Of a stretch of DNA of 64,000 nt, positions 21,480-30,579 are shown one piece after another. The stretch is from Imperialibacter sp. GTDB taxonomy: Bacteria; Bacteroidota; Bacteroidia; Cytophagales; Cyclobacteriaceae. The notes under the pieces are model-generated. The model saw only the letters and a program-made list of their open reading frames with translations. It did not search any database and was not told where the DNA came from. The stretch is taken from the NCBI RefSeq assembly GCF_048007035.1, contig NZ_CP180355.1, forward strand, positions 1,387,824 to 1,451,823, read 5' to 3'. Numbering within the stretch: the first letter of the stretch is position 1; the number at the start of each line of letters is the position of its first letter. The position numbers and the translations under genes are program-made.

Positions 21480-21710
21480 GGAATAAGGTGGAATGAAATG
21501 TGAAGCCGGAACACGGCCTTTTCAGATCATCCGCCGCTTTTCACCCGAAAGCTTTGAATTGCTTGACTATGGCAGGTCTCCTGGCTCGCCTGGCCCGTCT
21601 ATCGCCTTCCCACCCCGGTTTATCGGAACAGTGACTTTTTGATAGAGGCCTTTGTAGGCTTACAGTTGCGGGGACAGCCCCCGATTTTAACGGGGTTCCC
21701 TTTTAATTCT
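21480..21710 (-). promoter_or_regulatory. Cobalamin (B12) riboswitch in the 5' leader of the btuB-like operon
   Basis: The minus strand reads AAAAGGGAACCCCGTTAAAATCGGGGGCTGTCCCCGCAACTGTAAGC ... GTCACTGTTCCGATAAACCGGGGTGGGAAGGCGATAGACGGGCCAGGCGAGCCAGGAGACCTGCC. This contains the conserved GCxACTG core and the B12 box (AGCCAGGAGACCTGCC, at 21571-21590 on the plus strand as its reverse complement). Confidence 0.85.
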
Positions 21711-21955
21711 GCTACTACTGCTGATGAGTTGAGGCAGAAACCAACGGTCGCTGCGAAATACGCAATAATTGCAATGATGTTAAAACGATTCTGTAAAAAT
21801 TCTCCGATTTAACACTTTTTAATACCGTTTCAAGTAACCTTTAGGTCAGTTGAGGGTATATTTGGAAGAAATTTGAGTGGTGCACGCAACCTCAACCCCT
21901 GTTAAAGCGTCATTACATTGGTTTAGGTCGAAAACTAGAATTATAAAATACTACG

Positions 21956-22417
21956 ATGTCGTTTATTGGAAAGCTATTTGGTAAAAAGGAAAAAACTCCT
22001 GTTTCACAGTGCAAAATTTGCAAAACCCTTTTGGAGTACAACGAAGGATATGCACTTACTACCTCTGAGGTAGTTAGCTCAAAGGAATATTGGGATCACA
22101 AGATGGTTGAGCCCGAAACGCTTGGGTATACTACTGCTCACTTTAAGCAGAAAGATGCTAATGCCACAAAAATGAGGGGGATCATTTTTGAAAAAACAGC
22201 TGAAAAAGACCAGACCTGGCTCGTATGCGACACTTGCATAAAGCAGTTCGAGGTCGATACCAACGAAGCCAAGAAGCATGCGCTACAGTGGTGGGAATCC
22301 AAAGGTGATTACAATCCTCCAAAATCAGGCGACGCCAAGGCGGTACTTGAAAAAGATACTTACGAAGAAATAAAAGAATACGCCACTATGCTGGCCGGAG
22401 CCAATAAGATCAGATAA
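21956..22417 (+). CDS. Hypothetical small protein with two CxxC pairs (putative zinc ribbon), the first gene of the plus-strand B12-ABC arm
   Basis: The 153-aa ORF has no signal peptide and carries CKIC...CDTC. Confidence 0.45.
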   Translation: MSFIGKLFGKKEKTPVSQCKICKTLLEYNEGYALTTSEVVSSKEYWDHKMVEPETLGYTTAHFKQKDANATKMRGIIFEKTAEKDQTWLVCDTCIKQFEVDTNEAKKHALQWWESKGDYNPPKSGDAKAVLEKDTYEEIKEYATMLAGANKIR

Positions 22418-22508
22418 AAGCTCAGCTGCCCGACGGGCAAAGCAAATATTCGAAATGAAATTGCAATCCGTTCCCAAAAGGGGCGGATTGTTTTATTTTT
22501 GCCGCACT

Positions 22509-23648
22509 ATGTTCAACAAAACACTTCTTTTCATCTCCCTTTTAGCTGGACTCACTCTCTCCTGCCAGCAAAAAAAGGCAGAAACGGTAGTCGACAACCC
22601 AACCCAATCTTCTTACATAAAGTATGCAAGTGGGTTTGTCATTACGCAACACTCTGATTGGACAGAAGTGGTGGTGAAACAACCATGGAAAGGAGCCGGT
22701 AAGGCGATAAAGTATGCTTTGGTTGACAAGAAAAAGGATGCAGACGCCGCCTTTGACGGCTACACAATTATGAAAATACCGCTTAGCAAGGTGGCTGCTA
22801 CCAGCACTACCCACCTTCCTCATTTTTCAGCCATTGGAGAAGTGTCCAGTCTGAAGGGCTTTGCCAACTCCGACTATGTGTACTCACAGGCCTTCAGGGA
22901 AAGGCTCGAAAATGGTGAGCTGGTGGAAATTGGGGACGGTGCGGGCGTCAACTTTGAATCGTGCCTCAACTTGAAGCCCGAAGCCCTATTTACCTTTTCC
23001 ATGGGGAACGACCGATCTACTGACGAAAGGCTGGCGCTGGCTGGCATCGACATGCTCTACAACGCCGACTACCTTGAAACGACCCCTCTTGGCCGGGCTG
23101 AATGGATCAAGTTCACGGCTGCTTTCTTCAATAAGCTTGACGAGGCCGATTCTATTTTCAACGTGATAGAACAAAACTACCTGGAGCTAAAGGATAAAGC
23201 TCAGACCGCCAAGACAACGCCAACCGTGCTGACAGGAGTGGTCTACGGCGACACCTGGTTTCTGCCAGGTGGCAAAAACTACGGAGCTGCTTTTTTTGAA
23301 GATGCCGGCGGTCACTACCTCTGGAAAGAAACAGATGAAAACGGATGGCTGGAGCTAAGTTTTGAATCTGTATTTGAAAAGGGCCTGAAAGCCGACTTCT
23401 GGATTGGAGTGGCGTCTTTTGGCACACTACAGGAAATGACGGCGCAGGAAAGCAGGTATGGTTTGTTTAGCGCCTGGAAGAATAGTGCCGTTTACAACTA
23501 CGATAATCAGTTGAACGAAAAGGGTGGTAATAACTATCTGGAGGAAGGCTACGGCAGGCCCGATATTGTTCTGGCCGACCTGATTCATATTATGCATCCT
23601 GACCTCCTCCCGGACCACAAACTTTATTTTTACAGAAAATTACCCTAA
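22509..23648 (+). CDS. btuF: ABC transporter periplasmic substrate-binding lipoprotein, cobalamin/iron-siderophore (BtuF/TroA-like) family
   Basis: A lipoprotein signal (MFNKTLLFISLLAGLTLSCQQ) is found at the internal Met. The cluster-A SBP architecture is followed by FecCD permease and ATPase genes. Confidence 0.75.
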   Translation: MFNKTLLFISLLAGLTLSCQQKKAETVVDNPTQSSYIKYASGFVITQHSDWTEVVVKQPWKGAGKAIKYALVDKKKDADAAFDGYTIMKIPLSKVAATSTTHLPHFSAIGEVSSLKGFANSDYVYSQAFRERLENGELVEIGDGAGVNFESCLNLKPEALFTFSMGNDRSTDERLALAGIDMLYNADYLETTPLGRAEWIKFTAAFFNKLDEADSIFNVIEQNYLELKDKAQTAKTTPTVLTGVVYGDTWFLPGGKNYGAAFFEDAGGHYLWKETDENGWLELSFESVFEKGLKADFWIGVASFGTLQEMTAQESRYGLFSAWKNSAVYNYDNQLNEKGGNNYLEEGYGRPDIVLADLIHIMHPDLLPDHKLYFYRKLP

Positions 23649-23656
23649 TCTGTGCC

Positions 23657-24712
23657 ATGCTTAGGGATTTCATCCAACAGTCGTGGAAGCAATGGTGGAA
23701 GTACTTCGTGCTTCTCACGCTCCTGATTTTCGTGCTTTTCCTTCTCAGTCTGGCCCTGGGGTCAGTGGTGATCCCGGCATTTGAGGCATTAAAAATTGTG
23801 TCAGGCTTTGCCAGCCAAAACGAAGCCTGGCAGGAAATCATTCTCAACTTTCGGCTTCCTAAAGCATTGACAGCCATACTGGTTGGCGCCGCTTTGGGCA
23901 TCAGCGGGCTACAAATGCAGACCTTCTTCCGGAATCCTTTGGCCGGGCCATTTGTGCTTGGCATCAGCTCCGGCGCCAGCCTTGGTGCCGCCTTGCTGAT
24001 TCTGGGCGGAGCTTCGTTGGGGCTTCATCAGCTGGGCGGGCAGCTTTTCGCCAGTGCTCAGGTGATTGCAGCCGCTCTTGGTGCCATACTTGTGATGATC
24101 GCCGTTATCTCCGTGGCCCGCTCACTGCGTGACGCCATGAGCCTCCTCATCGTAGGACTGATGTTTAGCAGCACCACAGGAGCGCTCGTCAGCATCATGC
24201 AATACTTCAGCCAAGCCGAAGACATTCAAGCCTATATGCTTTGGTCATTCGGTAGCCTTGGCGGGCTTAGCTGGGAGGAAATGCAAATCTTTGCGCCGAT
24301 CATTGTGATTGGTCTGCTGCTGTCCTTTGCTTCGGCCAAACAGCTAAACATGCTCTTGCTTGGTGAGCAGTACGCCCGAAGCATGGGGCTCAACATCAAG
24401 CGGGCCAGGCTTACCATCATCATCAGCACCTGCCTGCTGGCCGGAAGCGTCACCGCTTTCTGCGGGCCCATTGCCTTCATTGGCATTGCCGTTCCGCACA
24501 TGGTTCGCATGCTTTTCCCGACTTCAAATCATTTGTTGCTTATTCCGCTGGTATGCCTGATGGGCGCAGGCACTATGCTTTTTTGTGACTTAATTGCTCA
24601 GCTTCCAGGCACATCGCAGCTGCTGCCCATCAACGCCGTCACTTCCCTGATCGGCGGCCCCATCGTTATCTGGATCATTGTGAGTAAACGAAACCTGAGG
24701 TACTCGCTATGA
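23657..24712 (+). CDS. btuC: ABC transporter permease, FecCD/BtuC family
   Basis: The 351-aa polytopic membrane protein has the FecCD-type conserved region (RNPLAGPFVLGISSGASLGAAL). Confidence 0.85.
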   Translation: MLRDFIQQSWKQWWKYFVLLTLLIFVLFLLSLALGSVVIPAFEALKIVSGFASQNEAWQEIILNFRLPKALTAILVGAALGISGLQMQTFFRNPLAGPFVLGISSGASLGAALLILGGASLGLHQLGGQLFASAQVIAAALGAILVMIAVISVARSLRDAMSLLIVGLMFSSTTGALVSIMQYFSQAEDIQAYMLWSFGSLGGLSWEEMQIFAPIIVIGLLLSFASAKQLNMLLLGEQYARSMGLNIKRARLTIIISTCLLAGSVTAFCGPIAFIGIAVPHMVRMLFPTSNHLLLIPLVCLMGAGTMLFCDLIAQLPGTSQLLPINAVTSLIGGPIVIWIIVSKRNLRYSL

Positions 24713-25719
24713 TCGTTAACAACAGAGCGGTGGTGTCATTACGGAATTTCAGTGTCGGCTATCATGTGAAAGGCCACCCTACCCCGCTTTTGAAAGACAT
24801 CAACCTGGATGTCAATCCCGGGGAGGTGGTTTGCTTGCTGGGGCAAAATGGCGTTGGCAAGTCAACTTTGCTACGTACAATAGCCGGGCTGCAGCCTCCC
24901 CTGGCTGGTGAGGTTCTTCTTGCCCATCGGCCAGTTCAAGCATACAGCATTCAGGAGCTGGCCACAAAGATTAGTTTGGTGCTCACTGAAAAGGTGAGCG
25001 GCGGCAACCTTTCTGTCGAAGAGTTGGTGGCACTGGGCCGCCATCCCTATACCAACTGGCTCGGCTTACTCTCGAAAGAAGACAAAAGTGCGGTGAACGA
25101 AGCAGTGGCTCTCACCAAAATCAACTACCTGCTGAATAAAAAAGTAGGCGAGCTAAGCGACGGCCAGTACCAGAAAGCGATGATAGCCAGAGCGGTGGCG
25201 CAAGACGGCGATTTGATGATCCTCGATGAGCCCACGGCGTTTCTGGATCTGAACAATAGCGTCGAAATATTTATGCTGCTCAGACAACTTGCGCTTGAAA
25301 AAGAAAAAGCTGTCGTAGTATCCACGCATGACTTCCATTTGGCCATGGAGTTTGCCGACAGGCTTTGGCTGACTAATTTCAACAGCCCCCTGGTTCAGGG
25401 ACTGCCCGAGGATTTGGCGCTAAATGGTCAGCTCGAAGAAAGCCTGTACCACGAAGGTTTTGGGTTTGACTTGTTAAACGGCAGAGTGCTGCTGCCAACA
25501 AAAGAAGGCACAACATTTTCGTTGGCAGGAGATTCACCGGCCCACAACTGGACAAAACGTGCGCTGGAAAGGCATGGCTATTTGCCTGGTGATGCAAATG
25601 CCACGATCAGGCTTATTATTGAAACCGAGGGAAATGCCACCAGATGGGTGGTAGGCGACCAAAGCTTCAGCTCTCTTGAAAACCTGCTCAACTTTTTATC
25701 AAGGCACAGGAACAAATAG
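24709..25719 (+). CDS. btuD: ABC transporter ATP-binding protein (BtuD/FepC-like) with a C-terminal extension
   Basis: Walker A GQNGVGKST, the signature LSDGQYQ and Walker B LMILDEPT are present. The start is translationally coupled to the permease. Confidence 0.85.
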   Translation: MIVNNRAVVSLRNFSVGYHVKGHPTPLLKDINLDVNPGEVVCLLGQNGVGKSTLLRTIAGLQPPLAGEVLLAHRPVQAYSIQELATKISLVLTEKVSGGNLSVEELVALGRHPYTNWLGLLSKEDKSAVNEAVALTKINYLLNKKVGELSDGQYQKAMIARAVAQDGDLMILDEPTAFLDLNNSVEIFMLLRQLALEKEKAVVVSTHDFHLAMEFADRLWLTNFNSPLVQGLPEDLALNGQLEESLYHEGFGFDLLNGRVLLPTKEGTTFSLAGDSPAHNWTKRALERHGYLPGDANATIRLIIETEGNATRWVVGDQSFSSLENLLNFLSRHRNK

Positions 25720-25801
25720 GGCATATTGTTTTTTTCCACTGTAATTCTTCCCGCCGCCGGTCGTCCTTTATCTGAAGGTTAAACAGGTAAAGGATAAAAC
25801 T

Positions 25802-27193
25802 TTGAATAGGGTAATTTTTTTGCTGCTCACTATTTGTGCAGTCTACGGTGATCTGCTTAGTCAACCCGCCAAAAGCAGGTACAAGGAAAGAACATTTCAG
25901 CTGTCCTTTTTTCCAGGCATAGGCACTAACGGACTGGAAAGTGGCTTCTATTTCAACAGGTTCTCCCTTAATATTTTCGGAGGTATGTCGGCCGGCAGCC
26001 ACCACTTTGAGCTGGGTGGCATTTCAAACATCAACACCAACTCGAGCACTGGCATCCAGATAGCGGGGCTGGCCAACATCATCGGAAGCCAGGCCTACTT
26101 TAACCTGACCGATGGCGAAGAGCTCTCCATTGTCAACGAAGGTTTTTCCTGCAATTTAAAGGGTATCCAGTTTTCCGGGCTCTTAAATTTTGTCAGAAAC
26201 AATGTCGAAGGCATCCAGCTAACCGGTGGGTTCAACTTCAACAATGGTTACGTGCACGGCTTTCAGCTGGCTGGGCTGGGGAACATGGCTGGCAAACAAG
26301 TTTTCGGCGTGCAAATGGCCGGGCTCTATAACATCGCCATTCGTGGCATGACCGGCAGCCAGGCTTCGCTTTTGTTCAACTACACCTACGGCGAACTCAG
26401 TGGCTTGCAGCTAGGCCTGATCAACCGGGCAGTGCAAATGGAAGGCAAAAACTCGTCACCGCCGGGACCCGACCGGGGCTTTCAATTCGGCCTGGTGAAT
26501 GTTTCAAGCGAAATGGACGGAACGCAGTTTGGCCTCATCAACATAGCCCGAAAAGTGCACGGCACGCAAATAGGTCTGATCAACATCTTCAAACCAGGTC
26601 CTTACCAGGGCTCTTCCGTGCCCACGTACGGCACGCAGGTAGGCCCTCTTAACTTTGGCTCCAGCGGCGTACACACCCGGCTGTTTACCGACGAGCTGTT
26701 TGCAGCTGTGCTAGAACGAACCACGGGCAATTGTCAAAACTGCACCTACACCCCTTCTCAAATGCCTTTTACGGGACGTTTCAAGGTAGTCAATCAAAAC
26801 GCACTCATTTTCGCATACAATCCTTTCGACGGCTTCAGAAACCAGGTGAAGTGGGGGTTAGGTTATGGCTTCATGAAGGTGTTTTACAACAAGCATTCTA
26901 TGATAGGGGCCGACACTTTGAACGCCCGCTGGTTTTTAAGTGCAGGTATCAGGACAATGTACCTCAACCGAACCAAAAATTTTGATCCCAAACTTAGCAT
27001 GCTACACAAAATACATGCAGAAATAGGCCTGCGCAGAAAGAAAAAAGGGCCTCATCTGTTTGTTGGTCTTTCATTCAACGCCTATTTCCACGAAGGGCAG
27101 GACCTGAACATTGGCCAGGAGGTGTTCAAAACAAGGGAAGAAAGCCTGAACGTACAATACTGGCCGGGTTATAGCTTTGGTTTGCACTTCTAA
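25802..27193 (+). CDS. Outer-membrane protein with about 20-aa periodic G-x-Q-x-x-G-L-x-N repeats and a C-terminal beta-barrel-type terminus
   Basis: There is a signal peptide and more than ten degenerate repeats (GIQIAGLANI, GIQFSGLLNF, GIQLTGGFNF, GFQLAGLGNM, GVQMAGLYNI, GLQLGLINR, GFQFGLVNV, GTQFGLINI, GTQIGLINI). The protein ends in the aromatic ...SFGLHF. Confidence 0.5.
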   Translation: MNRVIFLLLTICAVYGDLLSQPAKSRYKERTFQLSFFPGIGTNGLESGFYFNRFSLNIFGGMSAGSHHFELGGISNINTNSSTGIQIAGLANIIGSQAYFNLTDGEELSIVNEGFSCNLKGIQFSGLLNFVRNNVEGIQLTGGFNFNNGYVHGFQLAGLGNMAGKQVFGVQMAGLYNIAIRGMTGSQASLLFNYTYGELSGLQLGLINRAVQMEGKNSSPPGPDRGFQFGLVNVSSEMDGTQFGLINIARKVHGTQIGLINIFKPGPYQGSSVPTYGTQVGPLNFGSSGVHTRLFTDELFAAVLERTTGNCQNCTYTPSQMPFTGRFKVVNQNALIFAYNPFDGFRNQVKWGLGYGFMKVFYNKHSMIGADTLNARWFLSAGIRTMYLNRTKNFDPKLSMLHKIHAEIGLRRKKKGPHLFVGLSFNAYFHEGQDLNIGQEVFKTREESLNVQYWPGYSFGLHF

Positions 27194-27337
27194 AGTTACT
27201 CCATCCAAATAAACAATTGATCAAGTTAAGAGCATCGAACGTTACAACTAATCGTTGCTTTTGTATCTTCACTGCATGGTTCGGTCGCTGCTAAGACAAA
27301 GCAATTGCGGCTGGTTGGCTAAGTTTGAAGCATACTT

Positions 27338-28666
27338 ATGGCACACATCGTCATCATTGGAAACGGCATAGCCGGCATCACTTGCGCCAGGCATGTGAGA
27401 AAGCAGGGAGATGATCAGATCACTGTGATCTCTAGTGAAACCGAGCATTTTTTTAGCAGAACAGCCCTCATGTATATCTACATGGGACACATGAAGTATG
27501 AACACACCAAACCCTACGAAGACTGGTTTTGGGAGAAAAACAGAATTGACCTGGTGTTTGATTTTGTTACTGGTGTAGAGGCAAAGGAGAAATCTATCCA
27601 GCTTAAATCCGGAAAGAAAATCAAATATGACAAGTTGGTGCTGGCAACAGGCTCACAACCCAACAAGTTTGGCTGGACTGGCCAGGATCTGCCCGGGGTG
27701 CAGGGGCTCTACTCCTATCAGGATTTGGAAACACTGGAGAAGAACACCGGGGCTTGCCAAAGAGCAGTGATCGTTGGAGGTGGGCTCATTGGCATTGAGT
27801 TGGCAGAAATGCTGGCGTCGAGAAAGATTTCTGTGACCTTTCTGGTACGGGAAAAAAGCTTTTGGGACTTGGTTTTGCCAGCGGAAGAGTCGGCCATGAT
27901 CAATAGGCACATTGTTGAACATCATATTGACCTTCGACTGAACACAGAATTAAAGGAGATTAAAGCTGGACCGGATGGAAAGGCTTCTGCTGTCATTACC
28001 AGTGCCGGTGAGGAAATATCTTGCCAGGTAGTAGGACTGACTGCCGGAGTGCACGCCAATGTTGGCCTGGCTAAGTCTTTCGGCGTCGAAACCAACAGGG
28101 GCATCCTGGTCGATGACCTTTTGCAGACCAATTTACCCGATGTTTATGCCATTGGCGACTGTGCCGAACTGCGAAACCCACTACCTCACCGGAAAGCCAC
28201 AGAGCAAGTGTGGTACACCGGCCGCATGATGGGAGAAACACTGGCGCTGACCCTAAGTGGTAAGCCAACCAGGTATGTTCCTGGCATCTGGTTCAATTCT
28301 GCCAAGTTCCTTGATATCGAGTATCAGACCTATGGTTCAGTGCCCGCCATTGCCTCTGACGGAGTAGATTCGTTCTGGTGGGAGCATCCTGCCGGAAAAA
28401 AGGGCATCAGAATCAATTTTGATCAGGCAACCGGCACCGTGCTCGGCATGAATGCCATGGGCATCAGGCAGCGACACGAAGTTTGGGACAGCTGGATCAG
28501 GCAGAAAACAAAAGTGGATAGGGTGATAAACGAACTGGAGAAGGCCAATTTTGATCCAGAGTTTTTTGATACCTGCGAGCAGGAGATCAGAGCGGCATTT
28601 TCAACGCAGTTCCCTTATTTTGAAATCGAAAAGAAAAGAAAGAAAAAGCTGTTTGGAATTTTCTAA
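27338..28666 (+). CDS. NAD(P)/FAD-dependent pyridine-nucleotide-disulfide-family oxidoreductase
   Basis: An N-terminal GxGxxG motif (VIIGNGIAGITCA) and a second dinucleotide motif (VIVGGGLIGIELAE) are present. Confidence 0.8.
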   Translation: MAHIVIIGNGIAGITCARHVRKQGDDQITVISSETEHFFSRTALMYIYMGHMKYEHTKPYEDWFWEKNRIDLVFDFVTGVEAKEKSIQLKSGKKIKYDKLVLATGSQPNKFGWTGQDLPGVQGLYSYQDLETLEKNTGACQRAVIVGGGLIGIELAEMLASRKISVTFLVREKSFWDLVLPAEESAMINRHIVEHHIDLRLNTELKEIKAGPDGKASAVITSAGEEISCQVVGLTAGVHANVGLAKSFGVETNRGILVDDLLQTNLPDVYAIGDCAELRNPLPHRKATEQVWYTGRMMGETLALTLSGKPTRYVPGIWFNSAKFLDIEYQTYGSVPAIASDGVDSFWWEHPAGKKGIRINFDQATGTVLGMNAMGIRQRHEVWDSWIRQKTKVDRVINELEKANFDPEFFDTCEQEIRAAFSTQFPYFEIEKKRKKKLFGIF

Positions 28667-28684
28667 AGCAAGAGGAAGAAAGAG

Positions 28685-30481
28685 ATGAGAGCAATACAAC
28701 TGACCGGGCTGGCACTTTTTATACTTGGCTTTGGCCTTTTTCTGGCCAGCTTCTTCATGGCCGACTACAAAATTTCAAGGAGTGACTTTGACAAAATTGT
28801 TGGTCACGAAGGAAAAGTTGAAGGTATCCTCACTTTCACGCCGGAGATAGTCGACACGGAATACAGCACGAATTTTGGGTTTGTCGGCACCATCCAAAAA
28901 GGCATCAACACCTACAACAGGCAGCAAATGATGCTCTTTGCCCTCAAGGAATCAGAGATAAATCTATTAATTAGTGAGCTGGGCCCTCCTCCCTACACTT
29001 TCTCCCTTGAAATGCTGAACTACATCTACCCGAAGATCAACACCAGCACTATATTCAAGAGACGAAAAATGGAGGAGTACGGCAGCTGGCTGGAAGGGAG
29101 AAAATATGACTCCAGAGAAGGGCTGAAGAAAGACCTGATGTCAGTGGCCAACACGATCAACGATTATGGAATCATCAGCGAGGTAGGTATCGACCGTTAC
29201 AAAGCCAGAGACATCCGATATGAAGCGACCAAACTGGCTTCCCACGGCCCCATCAAGTCCAGCCCCGGCCTCTTTCTGGCTCTTTGCTACCTGCTTCCTA
29301 TTATCGGAGCTATGATGTATCTGCTCCCTAAAACCAAACTTGATGGCCCGGCTGGTATTAAGAACAATGGCATTTTCCAAAGCGTTTTGAAAAACAAGGG
29401 CTGGCTTGGCATCATGCTTGGCAGCTTTCTTATTGTCTTCTATATCATTTTGTATTTCTTCCCCGAGTACATGACTGAATGGATCATCATGGTTGATCCT
29501 GTGAGTCAGCTACTGAAGAACAGTGATGCCAGCCGTTTTTTCCTTTATGGCTTCATTTACACGCTTTGCATCCTTGTAATGGGGGTGCGAATGTTCATTA
29601 AATACCGCCACAGCAAGTATCAGATCATGCGGACGATTTCCGTGATGTTCTTTCAAACGGCTTTCGCTTTCCTTATTCCCGAAATCCTCCTCAGGCTTAA
29701 CCAACCCTATTTCGACTTTAAAAACATCTGGCCGCTCGACTACGATTTCTTCTTCGACAATGAGCTAAACCAGCTTATATCTTCAGGCAGCCTGGGCATC
29801 TTTATGCTGGGTTGGGGCATTGCATTGATCATCATTGCAGTGCCAGTGTTTGTCTACTTCTTTGGCAAAAGATGGTACTGTTCCTGGGTGTGCGGCTGTG
29901 GTGGATTGGCAGAAACGCTGGGCGACCCCTTCCGTCAGCTTTCCGATAAGTCGCTGAAGGCCTGGAAAATTGAGCGGTGGATGATCCATGCAGTGCTGGC
30001 CTTTTCTGTTGTGATGACTGGCGGCGTGCTGTACACCTATTGGTCGGGCAACTCCTGGCTGGGTGTGATCGACAGCTATACACTCAGAGAAGTGTATGGC
30101 GCTTACATCGGTGCAGGCTTCGCTGGCGTGGTGGGCACTGGCTTTTATCCTTTGATGGGCAATAGGGTCTGGTGCCGGTTCGGCTGTCCGTTGGCAGCTT
30201 ACCTGGGCATTGTGCAGCGCTTCAAAAGCCGCTTCCGCATTACTACTAACGGTGGTCAGTGCATCAGCTGTGGCAACTGTTCCACCTATTGCGAAATGGG
30301 AATAGATGTACGCTGGTATGCCCAGAGAGGCCAAAACATCGTTCGCTCATCGTGCGTAGGCTGCGGCGTTTGCTCATCAGTATGCCCACGTGGCGTACTC
30401 AACCTGGAGAACAGAGACGAAGAAGGCAGGTTTGGCCAGCCCATATTGATTGGCAACGACAGCATTAAAGTGGAAGCATAA
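28685..30481 (+). CDS. Polytopic membrane protein with C-terminal tandem 4Fe-4S ferredoxin motifs (NapH/MauN-like polyferredoxin)
   Basis: The protein has several TM helices, a WYCSWVCGCGG motif and two CxxCxxCxxxC(P) clusters (CISCGNCSTYCEMG, CVGCGVCSSVCPRG). It is the downstream partner of the FAD oxidoreductase. Confidence 0.7.
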   Translation: MRAIQLTGLALFILGFGLFLASFFMADYKISRSDFDKIVGHEGKVEGILTFTPEIVDTEYSTNFGFVGTIQKGINTYNRQQMMLFALKESEINLLISELGPPPYTFSLEMLNYIYPKINTSTIFKRRKMEEYGSWLEGRKYDSREGLKKDLMSVANTINDYGIISEVGIDRYKARDIRYEATKLASHGPIKSSPGLFLALCYLLPIIGAMMYLLPKTKLDGPAGIKNNGIFQSVLKNKGWLGIMLGSFLIVFYIILYFFPEYMTEWIIMVDPVSQLLKNSDASRFFLYGFIYTLCILVMGVRMFIKYRHSKYQIMRTISVMFFQTAFAFLIPEILLRLNQPYFDFKNIWPLDYDFFFDNELNQLISSGSLGIFMLGWGIALIIIAVPVFVYFFGKRWYCSWVCGCGGLAETLGDPFRQLSDKSLKAWKIERWMIHAVLAFSVVMTGGVLYTYWSGNSWLGVIDSYTLREVYGAYIGAGFAGVVGTGFYPLMGNRVWCRFGCPLAAYLGIVQRFKSRFRITTNGGQCISCGNCSTYCEMGIDVRWYAQRGQNIVRSSCVGCGVCSSVCPRGVLNLENRDEEGRFGQPILIGNDSIKVEA

Positions 30482-30549
30482 ATCTTGCTTCCAATACTTT
30501 CTTTATTCTCTTTTCATAATAGGAAATTTCTCAACACTTCGTATTTTAC

Positions 30550-30573
30550 TGAACCTTTCAACCCTAAGGTTCA
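30550..30573. promoter_or_regulatory. Perfect 8-bp inverted repeat (TGAACCTT-N8-AAGGTTCA), a candidate operator 7 bp upstream of the NfeD-flotillin start
   Basis: This palindrome is visible in the sequence. Confidence 0.3.
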
Positions 30574-30579
30574 AAAAGA

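Noticed and set aside
21700-21955. Possible second cobalamin riboswitch on the plus strand upstream of the btuFCD arm
   Set aside because: The plus strand of this region has no B12 box and no GCCACTG core. The only riboswitch signature is on the minus strand.
29783-30334. 183-aa minus-strand ORF inside the polyferredoxin gene
   Set aside because: It is antisense to a motif-rich 4Fe-4S coding region and its composition is low-complexity Ala/His-rich. It is a shadow ORF.
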